A stretch of DNA of 64,000 bases from Lama guanicoe (taxonomy: Eukaryota): assembly GCA_013239625.1 (NCBI GenBank), contig MU053304.1, forward strand, positions 2,418,001-2,482,000. Reading direction: 5' to 3'. Under the pieces are notes generated by a model. The model had not been told where the DNA came from. It made no database searches and worked only from the letters and a program-made list of their open reading frames with translations. The number at the start of each line of letters is the position of its first letter. Position 1 is the first letter of the stretch. Made by a program: the position numbers and the translations under genes. Below, piece by piece: positions 12,516-24,710 of the stretch.

Positions 12516-14609
12516 CGGATGTAAAACTGCACCCAAAATGGAGAGAAAAGAATGGGGCAAAAATAAATTGAAGTAATGCCTAAGTTTTTCCAAAATTTGG
12601 TGAAAAATTTACAGATGTAAGAAGCTCATAAAAATGTGGCAGAGTAAACACAAAGAAAACCACATCTAGAAGCATCATTTTCAAAATACCAAACACCAAA
12701 GAAAGAAAAAATCTCTGTTAAAAGCAACCAGAGGTAAATAACACATTACATATAAGGAAATGATAGTTTAACAGATAAGAATTATTATTCAGGTAGCAAT
12801 AATGAAATTCAGAAGTTGGTGTAAAAACATCTTTAAAATACTGAAAGAAGAAAAAAAAACTATTAATCCAGAACTGTAAATGCAGAGAAAATGTCCTTCA
12901 AGAATTAAGGCATAATAGAGACATTTTTCAGATAGAATTTGTGGCCTACTGAGTAGGAAATGTAAATCAGGCTCTTCAAGCTGAAGACAAATGATACCAT
13001 AAGGAAACTCATATCCTCGAAAAGGAATGAAGAGCACCAGAAATGGTTAGTATATGGACATATATTTTTTTAAATTATTTTTCTTAATTCCTTAAACACA
13101 ATGACTCTTTAAAGGGAAAAATTTGAATTATGTTTTGGGATATAAAACAACATAAATGTAGCATATATGACAGCAATAGCATAAAGTATCAGGATAGATG
13201 GAACTATAAAGGCCACAAAATGCTTGCATTTTACTTAAAGTGATATATTAACTCTAATTAGATTGTGCAAAATTAAGGAAAAGAATTATAATCTCTCAAA
13301 TAACACTACAAATAAGCACAAAATCTAATACAGACATTAAAACAGAATTCTAAGAGATATTCACCCAAAAGATATTAACCCCCAAAAAAGGCAGAAAAGG
13401 AGATAAAAGAACAACACACACACACACAAAAAGAGGTACAGATGGGGCAGATAGAAAACAAATAACAAAGTAGTGTACATTTATTCAATTATCCCAACAA
13501 TTACATTAAATGTAAATGGATTAAACATTCCAATTAGAGAATAGAATGAATTTTTTTTTAAAGCGAGAGGCAGCTAGATGTGGTCTGCAAGAAGCTCACT
13601 GTATCATGACACAGATAGATTAAATGGAAATAGGCAGAAAAAGATATATCCTGTGGACACTAATAATAAGGAAATAGGAATGTCTATATTAATGTTGGAC
13701 AAAGTAGACTTATTGACAAAATTTTTATCAAAAAAATGGGCTATTTCGTACTGAAAATGGTAAGTAATCAGCAATACATAACAATTGTGAATGTGTGGGT
13801 ATATGCCTAATAGTAGACTTTCAACATTTATGAGTAAATATTGAGATGATTAAAATGAATACCATAAGATTTCTGTTATTTATGTACAAGTCTACCCCAT
13901 AGTTGGAGACGTTAACACTTCTCTCTCAGAAGGTGATAGAACAACTAGAGAAAACATCAGTTAAAATAAGAACAATCTTAACAACTCTATTAATCAACTC
14001 CACCTAGCTGATATTTGTAGACCACAACACTCAACACATTCTTTTCAAAGGTACACGCTATTTTCACCAAGGTGGACCAAAGCCAGAGTTATAAAACAGG
14101 TTTCAATAAATTTTGAAAGACTGACAAATTGCAGTGTAGAAATCCATGTCAGTGAGAGATATATAAGCCCCTAATATTTAAAATTACATAATACACATCT
14201 GTAAAAAAACCATGGGTCAAAAAAGATATTACATAAGAAAATAAAATACTTTGAACTGAATGATAATGAAAATACAACATAAAAGAGATTTATAGCAGTA
14301 CTTAGAAATTTATAGTTTTAAATGCTTACATTAGAAAATAAGAAAAGTCTCAAATTACTAATACAAGTTTCCATCTCAAGAAGCCATAAAAAGAAGAGCC
14401 AACTAAGGTCAAAGTAGAAGAAAGAAAATAATAAAAATAAAAGCAATAATCCATGAAATACAAAAGTGAAGTTGAATATGTTTTCAATACGTGAAGTCAT
14501 CTGTATTCCTCATTTTATGCTAAATTATTTATTCACTTAGGCATTTTGAAATTTATTTATTGATTTGCATTAGTGTCCTTTAAACATTAAGTGCTACATT
14601 TTATTGCTT

Positions 14610-14870
14610 TAAGTTTTTTTAAATTCAGATATAATTGGTATATAACCTTACATTAGTTACAGGTGTACAAACTAATGATTCAATACTTGTATGTATTGCA
14701 AAATGATCACAGTAATAAGTCTAGTTAACATCCATCACCATAACGTAGTTACAAAAATCTTTTTTTCTTGTGATGAGAACTTTATAAAGATTTACTCTCT
14801 TAGCAAATTTCAAATATGCAATACAATATCCGTTAAATGTCTTGTCACCATGCTGCACATTATTCTTCCC
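14610..14870 (-). mobile_element. L1 (L1MA9-like) 3' end
   Basis: gatataattggtatataac...gtctagttaacatccatcacca...tgatgagaacttt...tttactctcttagcaaatttcaaata. Confidence 0.85.
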
Positions 14871-14874
14871 AGCC

Positions 14875-15280
14875 ACTCAAATTGGTAGCAGCAGCTTTGC
14901 TCATAATGTGCAATGTCTCCTCCCACTTCTTCATGGCCGAACTGTTTCCTACAAATAGGGCGAATCTGTGTGATGTCTCTTACTGCCGCTCTTCCTGTCT
15001 CTTCTTTGTATCAGCATGGATTCAGGGCAACCTCCACCACAAGCCTGCTCTCCTCCATCCAGTCTTTAATCGTTGCTTTTGCTTTGTAAACTTTCTCAAG
15101 ATCTGTGTCTAGTCCTCTCGGCTTCTTCAGCAACCCTGTGTGACCTTCACTTCCTGTGGCTGTCCTTTCCTCATATTTTGTTCTTTGGTATGCGACATTT
15201 CTCTGGGTTTCTTTAGACATGAATGTATGCACTGTCTTTTGTCTCGGATGTCTGGCCAACATCATCTTTACCGCCATGGT
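14875..15280 (-). mobile_element. Possible ancient RTE-clade (L4-like) LINE ORF2 C-terminal remnant
   Basis: Translated motifs WMEESRL, KKRQEERQ*ET and AAATNLSGW loosely resemble the RTE C-terminus (RMEDSRLP...RGRPKETW...AQDRxxW); similarity is weak. Confidence 0.3.
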
Positions 15281-15839
15281 AAAATCACAAGAGCAATATT
15301 TTTGTCGTTACTATGAGTAATTCTGGCGACCAATTTTGGGGTTGGTGAATGGTGCTGTGAAAGCAGTATTTCCTTTTCCCTGTCGGTTTGAGCAGCCACG
15401 GCTCATCATTTTCCCTTTTCTCAGTCATATAATACATTAAAGAAAAGGATTGGTTCATTAATCGTTAAACAGCTTTCGTTCCATCTTTTGTTCCTTTCCT
15501 GCCACGGGCCCTCTGGCAGGGGAGAACCCCCCCCCCCCCGCCCTTCTTCTGCCCGGAGCCAGCTATTTATATCCTGCATGCAGTATTTATAAGATAAAAT
15601 GTCAGCGGATTTTGATCTGACTCACCCTGTGAGGAATGTCACCAAAGACTGGACAAACACCTTCTCAGGCCCTTTCATGCCTGGCGTTGTCTGAGAGGTA
15701 CTTCTACCCTCCTCTTTTTCCAAAGCTTCCTTATCTTTCAAAGCTCAGCAAACATCCTGCCTTTTGAAAAAGACTTTTCTGACTGCCAAGCACACAGTGA
15801 AGCTCTCTTCTCTGAGTTCTTTAATTTCTTCCTTCCTTT

Positions 15840-16110
15840 CTACTGTGGTGGCATGTTGCGGGAGTTAAGGACATGCATCTGGGGACAGGCTGAATGCCTT
15901 AAAGTCTCTGTTCTGCAATTCACCAACTGGGTAACCTTACGGACTAGGGTCTCAGTGTCCTAACCTACCATACAGGACACTGTGCCGTATTTTTTTTTTA
16001 TTTTTGTAATAATAATAAAATTTACTATATAGGATTTATCTTAATGCAATTAAATTCACAAATGTTGTGGTAGATAGTAAACATTATGTAAGTGTTAACT
16101 ATTACCTACA
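15840..16110 (+). mobile_element. MIR
   Basis: agttaaggacatgcatctggggacag...ctgggtaacctt...ctcagtgtcctaacct...taagtgttaactattac. Confidence 0.6.
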
Positions 16111-16249
16111 AATACATATTTTTTTCACAATGGTGCATTTAGCATCAATATGTACCAAACATGTAGGTGCTTCAGCCAGTGCTTTTATTTGGGAGGAGAT
16201 GTGGTTCCAAAAATTTTTTTAATAAATTATACAGTATGTCTATTTTTTG

Positions 16250-16740
16250 GAACAACTTTATTGAGATATAACTCTTTTAAAGAGCACAATCGGAGGAGCA
16301 TTGGCAGGTGTATACTCCCATAAAACACCACCACAGTGATGGTGACAAGTATTTCCATCACTCTTAAAGGTTTCCTCAAGCCATTTAGAACCTCCCCTTT
16401 CCTTCATCCGTGTCTCCAGGCAATGACTGATCTGCTTTCTGTCCCTGTGGATTAGTTTGCATTTTCTAGAATTTATATCAATGGCATTATACCATTCCTT
16501 TTGTGTCACTTATTTTTCCATTTAGCATGCAGATTTTGAGATCCACCCAAATTGTTGCACACATCAATAGTTTACCCTTTATATTACTTATTAGTATTAC
16601 ATTGTGTGACTATGGCATGGTTTGTTTACTCATTGAACTATTGACCGACACTGGATTGTCTCCAGTGTTTGAATATTAATAATTCAGCTGTTCTGAACAC
16701 CCATATACAAGGCTTTCTGGGGTTGCTTTCATTTCTACTG
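16250..16740 (-). mobile_element. L1MC/L1MB-like 3' UTR
   Basis: aactttattgagatataact...ccaggcaatgactgatctgctttctgtc...tttgcattttctagaatttatat. Confidence 0.85.
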
Positions 16741-17112
16741 AAAATGAAACTTACATATAACATATTATTGAGCAAATAGATTTTGAAGAAATTCCAGGAC
16801 TAAGGGGAAGCATGCTTCTGTGGTACACAAGAACGAAGAAGACGTCCCAGTTTTCCATCATCTGTTAGGTCAAAGCCCAAGTAAATCACAAATGTGCAAG
16901 TTACTGGCCCTTCTCATCCACAATAGAGTGTATGCTCTCGGGCAGGGTCTGGTACACAAGAGGCTCACAGAATCTGTTTTTTGAATAAATGTTTGAATAA
17001 ATAAGGGTTTGAGTAAATGCTTATTTTGACATCAACCTCCATGGTGATGTGTGAAACTGTTCTTGACAAATGAATAGATTTATAACTTGCTTTTTTAAAA
17101 AAAATGGATTTT

Positions 17113-17275
17113 AGGGGAATGGGGATAGCTCAATGGTAGGGTGTGTGCTTAGTATGCACGAGGCCCTAGGTTCAATCCTCAGTACCTGCATTAAGAAAAC
17201 GAATCAAATAAAAATAAAAATAGAATTAAAAAAAATCAAGGGCCTCCCTCCCAAATAAAGTAAAATAAAATGATT
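17113..17275 (+). mobile_element. tRNA-Ala-derived SINE (camelid Vic-1-like) with A-rich tail and TSD
   Basis: A box TAGCTCAATGG, B box GGTTCAATCC, tRNA-Ala-like gcttagtatgcacgaggcc; TSD aaaaaatggatttt (17099-17112) / aaaaaatagatttt (17276-17289). Confidence 0.85.
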
Positions 17276-17577
17276 AAAAAATAGATTTTCCAATGATGTA
17301 TTTACAAGTCTTGTTGGAAAAGCTAGCAGTGATGTAAGAAGTTGTGATTCTTACTTTGTTTGTTGCCCCTCTGTGTTGCATTGGGCTGTTTGTGTTCTAT
17401 ACAGAGGTGTCTCAAACCCCACAGTAGAATATAATTTCTTACAATTCTTTTGAGGGCAATTATTCTTTATATTTGTCCACCGTAGCTCTAAACACACAAC
17501 CATGAATGCTGGAGGCTGTCGTTTTCTGTTTGCCAACAGATTGATTGGTAATACGTATGATTTCAAGGCCATCTGAA

Positions 17578-18345
17578 ATTCATTCATTCAACACTTGTTT
17601 ATTAAGCACTCTATTACCAAGGTATTATTTTAGGGGACGTGGAAACATCAGTAAACAATAAAAGTAAAAATTCCTGCCCTTATAGAGTTTAAATTTTTAT
17701 GGAGGGTGGCAGATGATAAACAAAATAAGAATATAAGGCACCTGATGTGCCACATGGCAACAAGTGTGATGGAGAGAAATAAATAAATACTTACGGAGCT
17801 GAAAAGTGACATGACTTATCTTATTTTTACCAGGATCACTATGTCTATAGTGTAGAGAATATAACTTGGACTATTTCTGTAGGAAGGAAATGGATCCTCA
17901 AGAGGACTGGTTGAGAGTCTACTGTAATTGCCCAAGGGAGAAATAGCCATAGCTTGGACCTGGGTGGCATCAGTGGAAGAAGTGAGAAGTGTGAGCTATC
18001 AGGTGATGTTCAAAGTACATTATTGCAAAGACCCTAGACATTGGAGTGGTAGTGTGCAATGGCCAATTGGATATATGGGAGAGAAGATCTGGGTAAAGAT
18101 CTAAAATTTGGAGTTGGCCCATAAAGATGGCATCTGGACCTGGTAATAGTACCAAAAGGATGCAGTAGTTTGGGGAGATGTACAAGGCCTGAAGCTTGGA
18201 GGACTCCAACGATAAGTGGTCAGAGAGATGAAGATGAATCAGCAAAGGAGACTGAGAAGGAGAAGCCAGTGAAGTAGGAAGCACACCACAGAGTTTCGAA
18301 TCATGGAAAGCAAAAGTCTTTAAGGAGGACAAACGTGAGTTCAAA
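17578..18345 (-). mobile_element. L2 fragments
   Basis: attcattcattcaaca...ttattaagcac tail; aggatcactatgtcta; agcaaaggagactgagaagga. Confidence 0.8.
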
Positions 18346-19340
18346 GCTGAGACTTTTCTGGATGACTAAGATAATGGTATAGAAGTGCTGATGAAAGCAT
18401 CCCACCTCCAAGGCTGTTAGCACAACGACAAACCCTGGTAGCTCCTGAGACACTGAGGACTTGATTTTTGCTGGAAGACAACCACTACTAGACATGGCTC
18501 AGTGAAATCAAGGATGAGTCTTACCAGCTCCTACCTTGATAGCACTGGGGAAGCTAGCGGTGGTTGATGGGGCTGTCCATAGTCTGATTTCAAAATATGC
18601 TGTAAATAAAAATCAAGATGCTGCTTCAACTTGTAAATAATACACACAGATTATGAATGCATGAACAACCGGTTGAAAGGGAGAAGTACCTCCTTGTTCC
18701 CCAGCTTCAAGTCTTACCCCTGTGGTCATGGACTTCAGATGACCTCCTTTGTCTGGTTAGTTAATTTAAGCTACAGAACCAAAACCAACAAGGAGAGAGG
18801 ACACAAAAATAAGACTTTAGAGAATTTTAAAAAGATTTCCAAAACTTTCATTGAGTGTTCCTGGGATGTTTGGTAGTTTAAGGATCTCATGTCTGTTTTA
18901 AGAGATTGTTTTTGGAATCATGATGAATTTAACTGTGGTCTTAAAAAAAATCTTTTTGTGCCCTAGAAGATGTATTCATCTGAAGAGTGTAAGAAGCTCT
19001 TTTTTTTGTTGTTGTTTTAACATCATCCATTTTATAAAATAACATTTGGGGTAGAAATGAAAATATCATCTAATTCTCTATATTTTAAAGTATACATCAT
19101 CTCAAATAACAGAGAATCTGGACTCCATTGTGTATGATACTCCTTTGCTTTGATAAAGCATCTTTGTTACATTTTAATTAAGTTTTCAAAAAGTTTACAC
19201 ACATTACTTGTGATATGTTTCTTACATTCATAAGATCTAGTTCCTGTTTTAATTCTTTCTTCTTTAACTTTAAAATTTAGTTGTGAAAACTCCCACTCTC
19301 CATCAACATTCACAGTAAACAGAAGTAATTCTATACTTAC

Positions 19341-19376
19341 AGAAATATTGCTTTCAAGTCTATCTTCCAAAGTTTA
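19341..19376 (-). other. Candidate short exon (36 nt, or 39 nt via NAGNAG acceptor; KLWKIDLKAIF in phase 2-2)
   Basis: Long pyrimidine tract ccttgccttttttttttttccttttAAGTAG| and donor TCT|GTAAGT. Confidence 0.3.
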
Positions 19377-20950
19377 CTACTTAAAAGGAAAAAAAAAAAA
19401 GGCAAGGAAAGAATTTAAAGAATTCCCAGAAATTGCAAGAGGGTCTACTTCTATGCTGATGAATAGTTCCTTGAGGAAAATCAACTCTCTTATTAATATA
19501 ACATCTGGCTTGCATCTTGCATAAATAAAAACACAAGAGCAGGATAGAAGTAATGGAAAAGGGAAGAGGGAGGAAGGAATGTGGGGTTTCTAGCATAATA
19601 ATGTCTAACAGCCACGAAATCTAATTAGAACACATGTCATCTACTGAGACTGTAGTCAAGAAAATTCCACAGGAGAGGGCAAATGCCTTGTGGGACCATA
19701 ACAAAAATAGTGAATCAGGTGATTGAAAAAAACAAAACAAAGCACCTAAAACAGCATGCATTGACTACAGGACTCCATTCAGTCAAAACGGCGATTATCA
19801 GTGGCCTCTCTGGGGCCATTTATGACTTTAACCACAGAAATTCCATGACTTGGTTAATATGTTTTAAGAAGCACTCTCCTGTTCTTGTATGCATGATCAG
19901 ATTTCTGTTTTTTCCTTTTTGCACTGTCGGTCTGGAAGAAGAGAATATGCCTAATTAAAGACACAAACAGAAGCTGATGCTCATTCTATTACATGGATGA
20001 GTGGAATGGCTCCTCTTCTACGGGAAACGCCATTTTGGACAATTTTGTTGGAGGTTAGCTTGATATTACAGTTGAATGTCATTGATTTTCCAGCGAATCT
20101 TGTTTGATTTTTCCAGATTCGGAAATTGAAGCAATCAATTGAAATTATGTAGTACCATTGACTAGCATCAAATAGTAAAAAATTAGCTGGTAAAATAGTA
20201 AAAAATAATAATAATAAAAACTAGACTGAGGGCTTTTGGTGGTGTTTGTTCTTGTTTTAGGAATCAGTTAGCTCCCTTGAGTTTGACAAAGTATGTCTGG
20301 TGTTACCTTTTATCTACATCTGCGCCATATTATCTGGAAAGAAAAAGTGGCAAAGGAAAAGCTGGTTTCTGTGTTGCATAGTGAAATTTCCATGATTCTG
20401 GGGACATAAATTGGCCACTTAGTCACACCAATTAGTCTATGTAATAAAATAGGTATATAAAAGAAAATATTAGGAAATTGGGAATCTTATTAAAAACAAA
20501 AATGGAATTAGTGTACAAAATATTTATTTATCTACATTTCATAAAATCAGATTTATCAGTGTTTATGCTGATGAATTTTTTCTCTATCCTCGTATTAATC
20601 ATTTTTATTTTATTTATGATTTGATAAGAACTTTCATAAAATACAAAGCCAATTAACATTCTCAGTGACATTTTGGCAGTCAGTATTGTATTTTCCAATT
20701 ATATGTACCGACTTAGCTAATATACCTTGAAAATGCATAACTTTCCACCCACTATTTCTGTTTCTAAAAATTTATCCAAGTTGAATAACTACGCAGAAAC
20801 ATATGGTAGAAAAATGTTTATTTTACCATTTTTATAATACTGAAGACTGGAAACAAATCATGTATTCTCTTAAGAAGGAATGGATTACCTACATGGCAGC
20901 ATAACCATGCCATGGAGTATAATTCAGCCCCTATGAAGAGGTTGCAGAGT

Positions 20951-21050
20951 CTGGCCAACTCCATTCTTTTTTTAAAAATTTATTTATTTTTAATTTTCCT
21001 TTCCATGTATAACTGAAAAATTATGCTCTACACTGGCCAACTCCATTCTT
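20951..21050 (-). mobile_element. 64-nt retrotransposed insert with a perfect 18-bp TSD
   Basis: ctggccaactccattctt at 20951-20968 and 21033-21050; A-rich tail on the minus strand; TT/AAGA L1-endonuclease-type site. Confidence 0.85.
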
Positions 21051-21789
21051 AATTGTCTGCTTGTTCATGTGAATCGGTCCCTCTATAAAGAGTATTGAAC
21101 TCTAATATACAATATAAGAGACATGCTAGAAAGGAATATTGAAAGGATGTTGTCAGGTATAAGTAGAAATTCTAATAATTTATTCCCTGCATCTAAATTG
21201 AGTCACTCCCTGAGCTGATCCCACACAGCATTAGAGACACCCACGTAAATGATAGACCCAACTCTGGTTTCCCATTTTCTTGATTTCTTTAGCTCTAGTA
21301 CCTCTACCTTCACCATCCCTTGGCCCTGCATGCAAAGTGTTTCATCCTAGAGGTTGTGTCATCCTTCAGTCTCAATGTCAGATATTCCCTTCCTACTCCT
21401 GTCTGTTCAGCTAGCTCATGTTACTACCCTTAATTCAGACACTTTCTCTGACAAAGTCCATCTTCATCTCATTTGCCATCTTTCTCGACACAGTGAAAAA
21501 AATTTCACTGTGATTTTTCATAACCTTCTTGGCCCTCTCACTTTACTTTGAAAAAGGATCACCAGTCCTGATCATCCAGCTTGAGATCTGAACAGACACA
21601 ACTGTACCTTTTATCTAATTTGAGATTTTTCTTTTCATTTTTCTCTCTGTAGAAATGACAGACTTTCTATGCAGTAGCCTCTCTGTGACATGAGGTTTCT
21701 GCTCCTCGTCTGGAATCTCTATAAAACTAGATTTAGGGGGGTATATATAAATCTGTATATTTTTGAGTTAGCTGGTTGGTTTGTCATCT

Positions 21790-23280
21790 ATCATTAACTA
21801 GATTTCAATATGTAGATTGGGACAACTCTAAACAAATTACCCTGAATACAATCGGAAACACACACATACATGATAAAGCCAATAAGTAACCGTGTTAATG
21901 TTATTTTCAGTATAAGGGAAAGGAGACATATTGCAAGATCAAAATGAAGTGAAAACTGGTTAATCCTAAATCTGAACTGGAAATAAGAGCATGAATTCAT
22001 GACATGTTTTTAGGATTTTTTTTCTTATCTCTGTCCACTAACAAAGCCTGGAAACAATTGTCAGTCGGTAACAGGAACACCCTGCTGAATCCAGGGTATG
22101 ATTTTGAAATATCATTTGTCTGTACAAGAAACAAGAACACCGCGGAGAACAGCTGATTCCAGGTCTGGGATATGAAATGGACAAGACGAGCCAGGGACAG
22201 CTCTTCCTACCAGACACAAAGAACACTGCTAATGACTCTGGGCTGTGTCAGGAGTGTTTGGGAGTCAACCTGAAAACTATCCCCCTGGCGAAATGGGTGG
22301 AAAATTTAGGAACCATAAATAAAGACAAGTGTAGTAACTTGAAATATAATACCTACGTTAAAATGTACAGCTGTTTATAATAATATTAAAGCAAGACAAA
22401 ATAAAACAGAACACTTCTCAGACAACTTTTGGAGGAAGGGAGGAATCACACTCAGGCTGCGAACTGGTAAATAAGCAGAAAGAATCAAGCATTTATTTTC
22501 TTTTCTATGTGAACCGTCCTTGGGGTAATCATTATGAGAAACAGTCTTGGTTATAAAAATTACTCTAGCTGATAATTGTAGAAGTAATAATGAAATTAGA
22601 ATATAACCATTTTGCTCCCCCTAGGGCAATAATGGATGTAGATAATATTCATGAATGGCTGCACAAACCATTAGGTGGAAAGTGGATGGAAATCTTTATA
22701 ATGGATGAATTAAGCTGGCAACACCTGAACCCACTGATTAATCTTAACCTATAAAAAAAGTCTCAGAGGGGTATGTAGGTGGAGACAAAATTAAAAAAAA
22801 AAAAGGGAATCAAATAGTAAAATCCAGAATGTGAGAATTCTACAAGACAAAAAGAAGTTTTCTTCAAATAATAAATTGCAAACAGGTAAAAGAAGAAGGG
22901 AGAAACTGATAGAAACTTTTGAGACAAACCAATCAAATGCCATGTATGGAATTTTTGGATCCCAATTGGAAAATATAAACTGTATCAACATTTATGTGAC
23001 AATACTTCAAAGATATTTGGGGGAAATTTGAACACTGGGTATATTACAGGTTTATTGGTAGTAACTTTAGATGCAAAAATGATATTGTGTTTATGCTCAC
23101 AAAAAGAAGGCCCTTATCTTTCCATGGGCATTTTCTTAAGCATTTACAGATGAGATGATATGGTATCTTGTATCCGCTTCTAAATATTCTGGGTCTGTAG
23201 GGCAAGTGGGTGGGAGTATAAATAAAACAGGATTGACAATGTGTTGAAAGTTATTGAAACTGGATGATTGAAGTCAATAT
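21790..23280 (+). mobile_element. L1MC/L1ME-like long 3' UTR remnant
   Basis: aactagatttcaatatgt...ttccaggtctggga...aatcaaatgccatgtatgga...ggatccca...gaaatttgaacactgg...ttacagatgagatgatatg. Confidence 0.75.
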
Positions 23281-24172
23281 TTGGGATTTTCCCCTCTTTA
23301 TAACATCCTGGCAGATTCTAAAATTGTGACTTTTTGTTTGACTCATGGGCATCTGTATTATTAAGCCTATTTGGATCATGATTATGTTGATGGGTAGCTC
23401 TATTTCCCCTCTGCAATTTAAGAGAAGTTTTAATGGCAGCTAAAAAAATATTGGCCATGGTAATCACCTCCAGGAATCAGAACCTGTAATTAAAAGAAAC
23501 CGTTAGCATGAGCCACAGAAGTGGATGGATGTTTAGAAACAAGGTTGAATTTGAGATCAATCAAAATTGGCACATACTAGATATTTTTTCGGTGTATCCA
23601 TTTTTTTGTGCATCCAATGCTTGACATTCTATATTGAGTTTTTAAAGTGGGTACTTTATTTTCATGGATCACTAGTGAATAAATATATGCAAGCTCATTT
23701 TAAGCAGTGATCTAAATTTTGTGGAATAGCCATACTCATTTTTCTCTCCTCTTAATATTTGGTCTTTGCAAAATAGAGCAAGTGAAGGGGATTCAGTTTC
23801 GATTCTCCTACTGGTTAACCCTTTCCTGTTGCTGCTGACCAGACCCAGGGTCTAAAATTGTTGTCCTCCATGGACCAGGGACCAATAATACCTGTTATTA
23901 GCCCAGTTATTTTCGGGGTTCACTGGAAATCATTGGACTTGCTGAATAAGATGACACCTTTTAAAACCACAATTACAAAATCTCCTAATCATCCATCATA
24001 TGCATTTGGTTTCCCACCTTAGTAAGTAATATATGATAATATGATAAGCTTTTAAAAAACTGATTTGTATTTTATCAAAGCAGCATGCATATATACTTTA
24101 ACGAGTCCAAAAGTACTAGAAGAATTTTAACAAAACTCAGTGGTTTTTCCCTCCATACTTTCTATAAATAAA

Positions 24173-24710
24173 TGTTCTCCAGCCAAAGACCATCAGGAAC
24201 AGACCTGTGGTTGGAAGAGTTGGTTTATTGTTCGCTGTAGCTTGGGAGACCACAAGCTGTGGGGATCTGCGGGGAGTCCTAGTAAGAAGGTGTTAGATAA
24301 ACTCATTGGATATGAGCTTGTGTTAGGTGATTTGAGGGAAGTTTTAAGGAAGTTGGTCTTTGCTCAGGATTGGATGCTATCTGCAAGCAGGGGCAATTCT
24401 ATAATTGGCTATCATCATAAATTTTATCTTGAAGAAGGAGAGACAAGAGTGAAGCTAAAACTGTGTGGGTGAAGAGACAGCAATTGCTCATAATAAGCAG
24501 GAAGGGGGAAGTTTGGTTATTTTGTGGCTTGAACAATGCTCGGTTTTGTCTGTGTTCAGACATGATTATGGACTGGTCTTGATTTTGTCTTGATCCATCC
24601 TAGGCACAGAATGGCTTTGTCTGATACTGATGTTCCCTGAAGCTTATGTTCAAGGTGGGGGACATCATGCCTGCCAGCTCCCAGATGTCAGGCTGCTCCC
24701 TTTCTCCCTC
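24173..24710 (-). mobile_element. Old LTR-like element inserted in an antisense L1ME-like remnant
   Basis: TG start and a nearby tttatt (AATAAA on the minus strand); composition differs from the flanking L1. Confidence 0.45.

Larger units (their letters stand above)
10980..14480 (+). mobile_element. Ancient L1M 5' region, ORF1 and ORF2 endonuclease remnant (degenerate)
   Basis: A-rich sense strand with L1 motifs: aaccacatctagaagcatcat, acattaaatgtaaatggattaaacattccaatta (EN start TLNVNGLN), atagttggagacgttaacacttctctctca (IVGDxNTPLS), tttgaactgaatgataatgaaaatacaaca. Confidence 0.85.

Noticed and set aside
17113..17190. tRNA-Ala gene
   Set aside because: Degenerate stems, an A-rich tail and a TSD identify it as a SINE.
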